Assembly: GCF_040938485.1 (NCBI RefSeq)
Contig: NW_027271380.1
Span: 1,860,001-1,924,000 of the forward strand
Direction of reading: 5' to 3'
Length of the DNA stretch: 64,000 bases
Source: Diadema antillarum
Taxonomy: Eukaryota
Numbering within the stretch: the stretch's first letter is position 1; each line of letters begins with the position of its first letter. A program made the position numbers and the translations under genes. Shown piece after piece: positions 11,174-22,779 of this stretch. The notes beneath the pieces were generated by a model. It was not told where the DNA came from. It worked only from the letters and a program-made list of their open reading frames with translations, and did not search any database.

Positions 11174-11339
11174 GTCATGAAATTGGGAGTGACAAAGGAC
11201 ACAACGTACGAGACGCCGTCGTCACAGATGATGCGAGAGAAATCAAAGCAGGCCTGGATTGCAGACAGAGCTTTTGTAGCACTCTGCATTGCAGCTCACA
11301 GGGGGCATGTTAACCTTGTACAGAGGCTTATTGTAGGAG
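11174..11339 (+). CDS. ANKRD60: ANKRD60-like coding exon 3 (first ankyrin repeat RAFVALCIAAHRGHVNLVQRLI)
   Basis: atccag|GTC...GGA G|gtaagt. 166 bp. Resembles ANKRD60 QRAFVALYVASHRGH. Confidence 0.9.
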
Positions 11340-11757
11340 GTAAGTACATGAGGGGAAAAACTTCACACAAATCTCTTTTATAGGGAGATTTACTGCGGAC
11401 CAGTCCTGAGCAATATTCATTTATAAAATAAAGTTGAATCTTGAAAAAATCTTGAATCTACAAAATTTTTGTGTTAAAAAGATGTGTAGTACTGATACCA
11501 AGTACATACTTGTATATCTGGTACTTTATAGATTGATTGTTTGATGATGCTAATTATGAAGCCTAATCTGTCACTTCTGGACCATTTTCTGAAGAGCTGT
11601 CAAACTAATCCAATGTCCTATATGATGAAGCTTGGTTTCTAGATAAGAAGAGTCATTTCTCCTGTAGTTATATTTCATTTTCATTTCTACAAAAATGAGC
11701 TGGAAGTGTTTATTAACCCTTAATGCACGGATATGTTTAATAGATTTTGTCTCTTGA

Positions 11758-12775
11758 TTTTTATGCCTCCGCAACGAAGTGGCCGGAGGCATTATGTTTT
11801 CGGGTCGTCCGTCCGTCCGTCCGTCCGTCCGTACGTCCGTCCGTACGTCCGTCCGTCCCGTTTTGTTTTTGTCGATATCTCAAGAACCGTGTGGTGGTTT
11901 TACATCAAACTTGGTATGAGGGTATATCCTTGGGGGATAATACTTTGTGTGGATTTTAGGGTCACAGGGTTAAAGGTCAAAGGTCACAGGTTATTTTGTG
12001 AAAAAAAATGAAATTTCATGTTTTTCTCCATATCTCGCAAATGGTTCAAGGTATCTTCATGGAACTTAGTATATATGCTTGTACCGATGGGCAGTGATTA
12101 TCTAGGGAAGTTGGGGGTCATGGGTCAAAGGTCAGGGGGTCAAAGGTCAAGGTCAATTCCTCAAAATATCACTACTTTCCTTAAAATGCAATATGCCTGA
12201 AGGTTGTTTTTTTTTAAACTTGATGTATGGCATGTATTACCCAATATATATTTTTGGGGAAGTTTCTTGCCAAAAGGTCAAAAGGTAAAAGGTCAAGTGA
12301 AAGTGCTAAATTGCACTTTTTCCTCCATATCTCGAAAGTAACTCAAGGTATCATCATGAAACTTACATATTTATGCATGTTCAACCTAACAGTGATTCTC
12401 TTTGGAACTGTGAGGTCAAAGGTCAAAGGCCAGGTTTAGATAATGCTATTTTCCCATTTGATACTGAAATTATACTCTTTCTCAATACCTTGAAAATTAC
12501 TCAATGCATAAACTTATAAAAGCGTCAAAAGTCAAGTAAAAATCATCAGTTCCCCAAATACCTGCACTCTGACATTTTAATCATTCATCCAATTGAACCT
12601 AGTTCTAGGAAAGTGAACATTCAGCACATTTGTGTCAAACCTGTCATTTTAATATTTTGCCAATTGTGTGAAACTGTCATCACACATTGTCAAGACATTG
12701 TACTATAGACCTATTAGGAGAACCATGCATTATGGCGGAGGCATATCAGTAGCCGTAGCGATATATCTAGTTTTT
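11758..12775 (+). mobile_element. Second HINE/Helentron-derived element in ANKRD60 intron 3
   Basis: tttttATGCCTCCgcaacgaagtggccGGAGGCAT 5' hairpin, (GTCC)n microsatellite, AGGTCA-rich internal repeats about 150 bp apart. 3' subTIR gcggaggcata (12735-12745), short hairpin, then ctagttttt. No TSD. Confidence 0.8.
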
Positions 12776-12946
12776 AAGTTGTAGCTGAATTTGATCGTGT
12801 AAAAAAACAAAAGAAAAGAAAAAGAAAAGATAGCACAGGTGTAACATATGCCAGTAGCCCTGGAAAAGGGAGGGTATTTGCCAACATATTCACTGGGCAG
12901 AATGAAATTTCAAATTTCATTATCCTTTTTCCCAATGTGAATCTAG

Positions 12947-13496
12947 GGGCAGATGTTCATGCAAAAACAGCCAACGGGCGGACTGCACTTCACATAGCCG
13001 CCGCCCAGGGTAAGAACAATGCTGTAGAAGTCTTACTGAACAATGGAGCCACGATAGACGACCCCGACATCGAGAACAAATCACCGCTGGTCCTGGCGGG
13101 GCTGTGGGGACACAAATCGTGCGAGAGGCAGATCTTCCTCTACCAGTGGCAACAGAGGGCAGCCAAGCAGAAGCCCATCGCCAGGACGACGGGACGCATG
13201 GCGCACCAGATGTACGACTCCAAGCTGAAGACGTGGATGAAGGGCGCGTACTCGCAAATGTACACCGCCAGGATACTACCACCCGGCGAGTTCTCAGGGA
13301 GCGGGCTGGACGCTCCGAGGCGGAAGCATCGGCCTGGTTCCGCTTCCAGTGGCTGGGCGAGTGATGGCGATGCTGAAGATGATGGCTGGTCCTTGGCTGA
13401 TGGAGAGGAGGTTGGGACACAAGTACGGTTGGGGATGGAGACATTGAAGAATGTCCAGGCAGCTGAAGCAGCCAAGAATGCTGGCAAAGGGCAAAA
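12947..13496 (+). CDS. ANKRD60: ANKRD60-like coding exon 4 (ankyrin repeats GRTALHIAAAQG and KSPLVLAGLWGH, then post-ANK region)
   Basis: atctag|GG GCA...CAA AA|gtgagt. 550 bp, phase 1 in and phase 2 out. Confidence 0.9.
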
Positions 13497-14564
13497 GTGA
13501 GTTCATCCCCCTCTATATCTCTCTTCCTTTATTTTGCTTTGGCTCTCCTGGCTTTTCTCTTTCCACAGTTGTATCTTATTGTAACTGCTAGATCAAATTT
13601 TATGTCATTTACAACTGACTACACTTTAGTGAAAGAGACATCACTACAACTTGAAATCCATCTGCTCTGCCAGCAGCTAGGATGAGGGGGGGGGTAAACA
13701 ATATTCTGCTTCTCATTGTGTTTCCCTTGATGAATGTTAGTGGGCAAGAAACTACAATTGATGTTGTAACCTCAGACAGATATGATTAACTTTTCTCCTG
13801 ATTAACATATATCTGAACATCTTAAGTAGAACACAACAGGGAGTCGTTCTTTTTCATTCTGAGAAAGCGATAGAGAACATGGAAGTTAAGCATCTTCCAT
13901 GAAACAGACAAAATGTTGAATCCTGTGCAATGCCTCTTATGACAAGGTATAGCACTTGACATAGAGATTGTACGTTGCTTGTTAAATGCTAGCATTAGGA
14001 AGAATTTTAGAACAAGAAAATGAACTTACTTTTTTATATCCCGGTAGAGTTTTCACACAATGTTTGCTCATTCATTGCTTCTGACACATTGTATGCATAT
14101 TATAATTTCACATTTCACACTGCTTACATATTTAGGAAACCAACGAAAAGGAGGAATTACTCTTGTACAGGTAGAAAAACAAATTTTAGTATAAGACCTC
14201 CACGCAAAGCAGCAGACCAGGTAGAACAAAATATTTCCAGTTCGTTAAAGAAATGCGAAGAAAGTAGTGTATGCGTATCATCAAAGTTGGTGCTTAATAA
14301 ACCACTCAAATTAACTAAATCATGTGGTCACAGGGTATGAAAGCCAACTATACTCTGTTGGAGATATTTCGCATTTCATGACATTTAATACTGAAACATA
14401 GTTTTTGATCATGTCCACTATGTGTATGGGTAGTTTTGAAAAGAGCTGTTAGAGGACCAGTTTGAGAGGATAAGTAATGCGGCTGAGGAAAAGATGGTAG
14501 AAAGTAGCAGTGAGAGGTATTGTAGGATAAAATGAGGAAACAATATCTTCTTTCAATCATGCTA

Positions 14565-14753
14565 CAGTGCACTACCGTTATAATAACGAACACGGTTATA
14601 ACGAAATTCCAGTTACAATGAAGTGAGAATTCAGACCTCAAAATTATCTGCTCTATTTTCTTTCACTGTTTATATGTTCGGGTGTAATGAAATTTTGATA
14701 TAACGAAAGAAAACTGCCGATCCCAAGGACTTTGTTATAACGGAAGTCCACTG
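14565..14753. mobile_element. pogo/Tigger-like Tc1-mariner MITE, TA TSD
   Basis: TIRs CAGTGCACTACCGTTATAA and CAGTGGACTTCCGTTATAA (17/19). TA at 14563-14564 and 14754-14755. Confidence 0.8.
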
Positions 14754-14858
14754 TATACCTCAAGTGTGTTGAGTCCCATCTTGATTATCAACTTGATTAT
14801 CAACATGTTCCATATCTATGTCCATGTTGTGAAATGTGCTTGTAATCCTTTTCCACAG

Positions 14859-15168
14859 GGGTGCCAAGGCCAAGGCAGAGAAGGGGCGCGACCGCAACTC
14901 AACGTTCGATGACTGGCTGGCCCGGAAGCAGAACATAGAGCGGGAGAAGATGAAGGGGAAGAAGAAGGCCGACGCCCGGCAGAAGATGATGGATGAGGAC
15001 AAGAAGAGACTCAACGCGGGCAAGGAGCCGACGAAGGTACCGAAAGGCGGCAGGTACGGCCAGAATCCCCGCAGCCCCGACAGGAACACGCCGGACGACA
15101 CCGGCTTCGACATGATGAAGCTGAGGAAAGAGATGGGGATCTTCAACCCCATTCAGATCCAGAACTGA
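14859..15168 (+). CDS. ANKRD60: ANKRD60-like last coding exon (Lys/Arg/Glu-rich tail, FDDWLARKQ...FNPIQIQN*)
   Basis: ttccacag|G GGT completes AA|G (Lys). GC-rich coding-like composition, stop at 15166-15168. Total CDS 1344 bp = 447 aa. Confidence 0.8.
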
Positions 15169-15759
15169 ATCTTTTTGGAGGTTCATGCTGTATCATGATT
15201 TGGAGTAATCGATTTAAGACTGGGAGGAAAAAAATATGTCTCCCGAAGACAAAGAGTGACTTTTAAGCCTGCTCCTCATTGGTTCATTGAGTGCAAATGT
15301 CAAGACGATTAAAATGCATTCCATGAAAAGAGCAACATTTTCTCAAAGATGTAGTTGTGGGCTTTGTGGTCAAACCTGTTTGAGGACTGGGATGAGTGCA
15401 GCAGCGTCAAAGCTTGAAGGAGATGAAGTTTCTGATGGTTTGCTATACCCAGAGAGAAATTAGACTGTCTCATGTCTGATAATAAACCGATAGACCATGA
15501 TGCATGTGTATGTATGTGGCCCAACTCATGTTTAGATTAGCTTTACTTTTCTGTGTAGCGCTGTGACATGTAACATGGCATGCATACTGCATGTTTTTGT
15601 GTTTTTCTGCCTTGGAAAGTACCACAGGACTGCTAGTATTCCTTGGTGATTCAGACAGACTTGGGCTAGCATCTCAAAGACCTGGCACAACAGCATGGGG
15701 ATATCATCGAGTGGGAAAGCTGGCCCGATTTGGGTATATTCGAGATCGAGTCCCCTTAA

Positions 15760-16202
15760 AGGAACATTCCAGACGATTTTCATAATTTCTCATCATCTTG
15801 TACATAAATCAATAGCCCCATGTATAGATTTGTGGAATTTATTAAAGTTCTTGAGTAGAGAAACAATACTTTGAAAAACCTTAAACAAATTACACTGAAC
15901 AAGGATGATGACATAGGAGGTTCACATATTTCAGAAATGTAGCTCAGTGTAATGCTTGCGAGTTCACCTGTGTATAATCTACTCATGCCTTCTTCTTTTG
16001 TTCTGCTTCCTTGAGCCCCAACTCACACATTCTTATGGTGACCCTGCCATGTCATCATCCTTGTTCATGGCAATTTATTATAAATTTCGAAAATATTCTT
16101 ATTCTTTATCCCGATTATCATAAGTCCTGAAACTCTGTCCTCAGTTTAACTGATTTATAGTTATTCAAATGTAAAAATCTGAAAATTATCCGGAGGTCTC
16201 CT
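15760..16202. mobile_element. Kolobok-like MITE, TTAA TSD, AGG termini
   Basis: TTAA|AGGAACATTCCAGACGATTTTC ... GAAAATTATCCGGAGGTCTCCT|TTAA. TIRs are imperfect. Confidence 0.6.
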
Positions 16203-19200
16203 TTAATTAATTATGTACAGCTTTATCACTGATGTCTCTGTAAGTACACACACGGAAAAAAAAAAAATCTTGACTTGAGTCGACCGTAACCAATTAGCAT
16301 ATTTTTTTATGCACATATTTGCTATTCAGGGATTTTTAATGTACCCTAGTGGGCAAGGAATGAATCAAGACTTGCCAGATCGAGAGCATCATGTCACTGA
16401 CATGCATCTTTCTCTTCATCATTCTACAGAAGGGATATGTGAATGCGAGAAATGCAAGTCAAATGAAACGTTTGCCTGGAATAACGTGGAAATTGAAAAC
16501 CTGTTACTTCATTTATGTTGGGAGCAAATCATCCATATCAGGCCAGACAAAGTGTGTAGTATGCAACATTTTTGCAGCTTCAATTTAGCTATTTCATCGG
16601 GTTAGACTGTAGTAGTCACAAGTATGATTGTGTATCTTACTATATTGGTGAATACATAAGCTGGAGTTTATCATGACAGAGATTATCTAATCAGGAAAGC
16701 AATGCATTTTAATGAAAAAAACACAAACATTATCTAGTCATTTTTTTTTTCTATCCTGCTCATCAGCCCTATTTTGAATTATGTCTTTGCACTTTCTTTT
16801 GAGTTTTGTTTTTGTTTGTTTTTGTTTAAGAACAGTAAGCGAGTCATGTAAATTGTATATGCTATGGAGACTGAGATACAAAAACAGTTAGACAAATCTT
16901 TTGTAATATACCATATATGCAAGCTTTTGCTACAGTACCATGAAACCATGGTGCACAGTGGTCTATCATGTGTTTGAAAGGATGTTGCTTTTAGTCATTG
17001 TGACCATATTTTTGTTTTCCCCTTTCGAGTGAAATGATGCATTAGGATGTAATTTGTTCAATTTGTAGTTGACAGTTACTTGTGGGCCATAAAGATCACA
17101 ATCATGATAATGTAATTTGTTATTAATGCATTCTGCACCAAATCTCATTCTTTACACTGCTGTATAATGTTGAGTAGACTAGTGCACTGAGGCATGGAGT
17201 CATTTATAATTGATATAAGCTCATAGCAAATCTTTTTGCAAAATGCAACAAGATGTACATTGTATGTTACCTTATCTTCATTCATTTGCAATTTTTGTTA
17301 TCAATGACAAATTAGGAGTTTTCTGTCGAGTCAGTATGCCAGCAACAAATATTCAGAATCATTCAAAAGTTGTTGTGTTCAAGTTGGGTTTTTCTTTCTT
17401 CTCTTTTTTTTTTCTCTGCCAATAGTGCCATATCAGTTGAGTATATAAAATTTGTGTACAGTTTGTTAAAGGTCAGATGTGAATATGCCATATCTTGCCC
17501 ACTGCCCTTAACCTGACCATTTTATACAGTTTTGATTATGTGATTACATTCCTTATTATTGCAATGGACATATTCCACCGAAGCATGATTTGTTTTGAAT
17601 TGATTAATTGGCATTTTCTATTTGAAATTACTTCATAATTACTGCAGAAAATTTCATCTTATTTAGCATGTTGGGGCATGAAATTTCAGGTGGACATCTA
17701 CTTTGGACAGCAAGAGCTTCACAATATTTCCGTCACCCTTTTATTTCTCGCACGTGAAAATGCAAATCTCTATGAATTTAGTAGAGGTTGGTTGGTGATA
17801 TTGAATCAATAAGTCTGTTTTATACATCAGCACATTTTGCTCTTTTAGTTTCCAGATTACCAAATTATGCTGAAGGTATCATGTGGAAATTTTGCTTTGT
17901 ATTGTTGATTTGGAAAGGTGATTTCTACTGAAACATTAATCATATACATTTAGGCATCCATGATCACATATACCTGCATAGTATAGAATATTTGGTATTA
18001 ACATTTTCTTAGCATGTGACAGTACATCATATTTTCATGTTGCATAAATTCATTCGTATGATATGCCACCTGAAATATTTCAAAACTATGCAAATTTCAG
18101 TTGATAGTCGCTTCACTGGTTTTATTATACCATACCACACTCAAACCATGCACAGGTCAGTTGTGGCCTGAAAAATAGTAGGGTAGACAAGCTGACACAA
18201 ATTTCAATCAAATTTCATATCAATGTGATATGTGTTGTTAATATAACAATGATATATATATAATGACAAAATATACTTGTGTATTTAGCAATGGTGAATG
18301 AAAATTTCTTAGATATCTTTGTTCACAGGTGGAAGGGAAAAAATGTAAATCAAAAAAATATTTGAAAGTATGAAAGGAAAATAGTAAATACAGGTAATCA
18401 AAGGGTCTACTGTAGCAGGTGAATGAGAAATTCTGTATATTTTGTTTGTGTTTTGCTTTTTTATTTGGCTGCCATTTTTTTTTTCTTTTTGAGACTATAA
18501 TCCCTTCCCATTGTAGGGTATTATTGGGTTTCTGCACTTGAAGGCTGAATGGCAACTTCAGTCTTTAATGTCATAATTTTATCATGATTTACTAGAGAAT
18601 TGTAAACGTGTAACATTAAAATCATGTCATAAATCATTGTAAACTGCCACATTTTCACGTTTCTATGCACAACTCTGTTGAAATTCTCCACGGCTGTCTT
18701 TCAGATTATCTCGGAAGTGCTTGATCCGTCCTCTTTTTATTATGCTTTCAATGATGTGTGGTGATTAAACTCCTTGCAAGAATGATATACCATTAGTTTT
18801 GGTGGTTGGTTTTTTCATCACTTTGTGGTTTCCATTTATGTTTTTGTTTGTATTCATTGGGCAAGGTGTTACATTCGCAGCTCCACCAGCTCCAAATCAT
18901 GCACTTGTGCAATTGACATTGCGTATAACAAGATTGCCAATGGGGATGGCATAAACAGATTAATTCTTTGTATTCTGAGACTTATTCTTTCTTAACATGA
19001 CGCTTTGGGTAAAAATGGTATTACAGTGTATGATGGTGATAGTTACAACATCGTCAGGTCAATAATTATGTAGCTTAAAGTGCAGCTCCTTTTGTCAAAT
19101 TCTGAAGAAACTTTTATCATACTGCCTTAATATTCTCTATTGATGACTTTAGGTTTGCTGTTGTTATCTTTCTGTTTTTCACATTGGCTGAAAATAAGAA

Positions 19201-19387
19201 ATCACATTCCTCAGTTTGCAGAGCTCAGCATGTAGTTAGGTAGGGCATTGCTGCATTGATATGGGGCTGAAGGCCTACAGAATGTTGATTACAATAAATT
19301 AGTCTCCCATATCATTCCAGAGGTATATATGTATATATTTCAGTTCAGCACACTTTTCAATAAGCTATTAATAGATATCTGGTGTAA

Positions 19388-19473
19388 GTGTGTGTGTGTG
19401 CGTGTGTGAGTGTGTGTGTGTGTGTGCGTGTGTGAGTGTGTGTGTGTGTGTGGGTGTGTGAGTGTGTGTGTGT
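19388..19473. repeat. Interrupted (GT)n microsatellite
   Basis: Read directly; periodic GC/GA interruptions. Confidence 0.95.
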
Positions 19474-22400
19474 ATGCAAGTGTTTGTGTGCTAATTTAGT
19501 AGTCCAATCCATTCAAATCCTCTCCATTACTACTGCGTTGTAATTCACCTGTTTCATGCCCCCCCCCCCCCCCAATCAATTCAAAATTAATGGAATCTGC
19601 CACCAGAACTGCGACCCGCATGATGGTAAATTACCATGTGTACTTTGAATCTAAGTGAAAGCATGCAAGGTCATCCCATGAAGGATTATTAATACTTCCA
19701 CAGGCCTTCATGGCAGCTGAGGAGGAAACGGCCTGGATGCGGTGTAACCCCCGGCAACAGATCATCCTCTTGGGCATGCGTGGGGAGAGGGAGAATGGGA
19801 GCGTGAAGCCGGGCATGGACATAAGAGAACGGTTTTTGCCTCTTTGGGGAAAATGAGATAATTGCTATAGCACATAATTGATTATGATGAACAAGACTTT
19901 GTTGTTGTTTTTTTAACTGCAAAATAATGTACGATTGAGTACACTGTATCTCTATAGTAAAATAGAGAAGGAAAAATATAAAGGGAATAAAAAAGATGAG
20001 AACATTTGCAACTATATTTGAAGGAAGCACCGTCATTTTTCTGTCCTCACTTCTTATTTCAGTGATCAATTAGAGGACTGTTTAATCATTTTGACTAAAG
20101 GTAAAAGTTTAATCATGGCCACATATCACCTGGGCCAAATTCGAGTGTAAAACAAGAAGTACAACAGGATAGAGGAAATAAAATAGGGAATATGTCCAAC
20201 ATATAAGTACCACAACAAGAGGGAAAAAGGCACACATGTGTAGGTGTAGGCCAGGGGTGCAGGGAAGCTCAGAAATGATAAAACTATCTCTCTTTCTCAC
20301 AATGACTTATGTGTACATCGCACACCGAATCACATAAGGACTGGACACACTGGCATACTTTTAGCATGTAAGTAGTACTTTTATTACAGATAGCTCATCC
20401 TTTTAATACCAAGTACTACAAATATAGCAAAGACAGTACGTGACATTAATAACAATAATCTTTTTTTTTCCACCATGCAGCAGAAAAATGGTAATGACTG
20501 TGAATTACTCTGGTGTTCGGCCACATCTTGGACGCAAAACAGAATGGTGAATATACCTTGGCTTTCTATACAAATCTTGATCAATCATAGAGAAAAGGAG
20601 TTAAGTATATACCTGGTATTATCACTTAAGATACATTCATAATGTGCACTCCATTTTGCAACATGTGCCAATACATACTTGTGCAATTAGTAAATAATTA
20701 AAGTCACGTGCCAGGAATCAAACACAAATACAAAACAAGATAGCCCTTTATATGATGGAAAAAACAAAAACAAAAACAAGAAATTCATCTTTCAGCTGGT
20801 GTTTGATATACAAACTTGTGCATTACACGTGGCATCAAACAAGGTATTTGGTGATACACATTTGAAGGCAGCTAAAATTTATTTCAACAACTTATGATTT
20901 GTATGCAACAGAGATGTTATATCACCTGCTGAAAGGCACCAGAAATTTGTTATCCAACGAACACCTGTAGAGTAAGGTTTGTTCATGGATAGGGGGACTG
21001 GGTCAAAGGGTCATCTCTGAGTTGGGGGGGGGGGGGGGGGAGGAAGAGAGGGCAAGGTGCATCACCACAGGTATATGCCTGAAGGCTGGATACTTGGAAT
21101 GCATGGTGGGGATTACGGGAGAAAGAGAGCCGGGTCACCATACTTTGACTTCACTTCCCTCACACTTCCAGAATCGGCCCAGCGAGAGTGAAAAACATGG
21201 TCAACAAACAACACGCAGGAGAGAGTGGTGGACTGGGAGAACGGGGCGCTGAGAAACACATACATGTATTGTGATTTGTGCAAAAGACGGACAGATGGTA
21301 TAGGGCAATCTCACATACCAAGGAGATGGGGTAGGGGAGAGCGAGATAGATAGGGGACTTCCATGTGTACCTGTAGATGTGTGGAACAATCAGCAGAATA
21401 GTAGCAACAACAACAAAAAATTGACAAAGTTAATTTCACAGTGAGAAAAGTAGAAATGGCAGACATTAAGGTAGGGATATCAAGTGTGATGAAAAAAGGA
21501 TGGAGGGGTAAGAAAATGTGTATAATGTGTATCTATGCTAGCTAACTGGTGGAGCTAACATCTCGTTGCAACCCCATTCACAGAAATTGGGTCAGAGGAT
21601 TTTCAGATCAAGGGGGGGGGGGGGGCAAGTGAGGGAAGAGATATGGGAACAAAGAACATCTAGGACACTGCATAAACACTTCAGGTGTTGCTAGGCAACA
21701 TATCATCTATTCCTGATGAAGAGTATTTGCAGTGCACAACTCCAGTTGAAAAGTTAAACATCAGGGCTCTGTTTGGTGTTAATGTAGGCTACCACTCATG
21801 GTGGCATCCGTAGCAGCAACTACATATTTTTTTTTGCTCATCTGTCGCTAATAGCACAGCTAATAATTGGGGTGATGTCATTATAACCATCATTATTTTT
21901 TTTTCCCATGACACAGATACTCATGAATAATCTGCTACTTGACCAAATGCTGGCAATGATTCAGAAAGCTTGTGTGTGTAGAATCAACTTCTGCACAACT
22001 GCACAAAATTAGCGATGCTACTATATGTATACCATGCACATTTCACACAGGAATGCTTTGATTGGATTTGGACTCGCTTGTGTCCCACATTCAGAGCATG
22101 CAACAACAAAGGCACAAATACACACAAGCTTTCATATTTAGTTAGCATGAAGAAAGGCAGTCATTTGCAAAAATGAAAAACAGGCATTAAAAACAAAATG
22201 AAAAACGAGACCCAATACAAAAATCAAAACAAACTGCCTGATTTATACAAATCTTGAGATATGCTAGGCCAAATGAAATTGTGCATTTCTATGTTTGGAA
22301 AAAGAAGGGAAAAGGAAGGGAAGGGAGTTACGGTAGAGTCATGAAGTCACATTGACTCTACAGTCTCACCTCATCATAGCAAACTCTGATAAACTTGAAA

Positions 22401-22748
22401 ACTGGCACCATCCAGAAAGCGAGGGAACAAATGATATTATTGTTGGGGTTTTGTTTTTCTTTCACAACATCAAAATTTATTATAAATATTACCAAATTAT
22501 TACAGTGTTATTCAACGTAACATATCACTGAATACATCTTTAAATAATAGCTGAAGTACTCTTCAGGTTTTCTGGGGTGTTATCCACCAAGATTGGCTGT
22601 ACTCCTGTTGACTGGTAATAAAACCTCTCTCTATGTCCTATAACCATCAAAGATGATAGCATTCATTGACTTGATGACATAGACTTGATGGGGAAATCTG
22701 TAATTCTCATCCCCTTTTCCTACCCCCCTTTTTTTTTCTTTTTTTTCT

Positions 22749-22779
<31 letters not shown>

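Noticed and set aside
13498-13500. In-frame TGA as possible selenocysteine or readthrough
   Set aside because: It lies inside the GTGAGT donor, and splicing to 14859 keeps the frame open.
12920-13506. Long minus-strand ORFs (174 aa, 115 aa, 70 aa)
   Set aside because: Antisense shadows of GC-rich ANKRD60 exon 4. The same applies to 9866-10267 and 14760-15186.
14444-14516. Purine-rich possible cassette exon in ANKRD60 intron 4
   Set aside because: Available acceptors are not phase-2 compatible or hit a stop.
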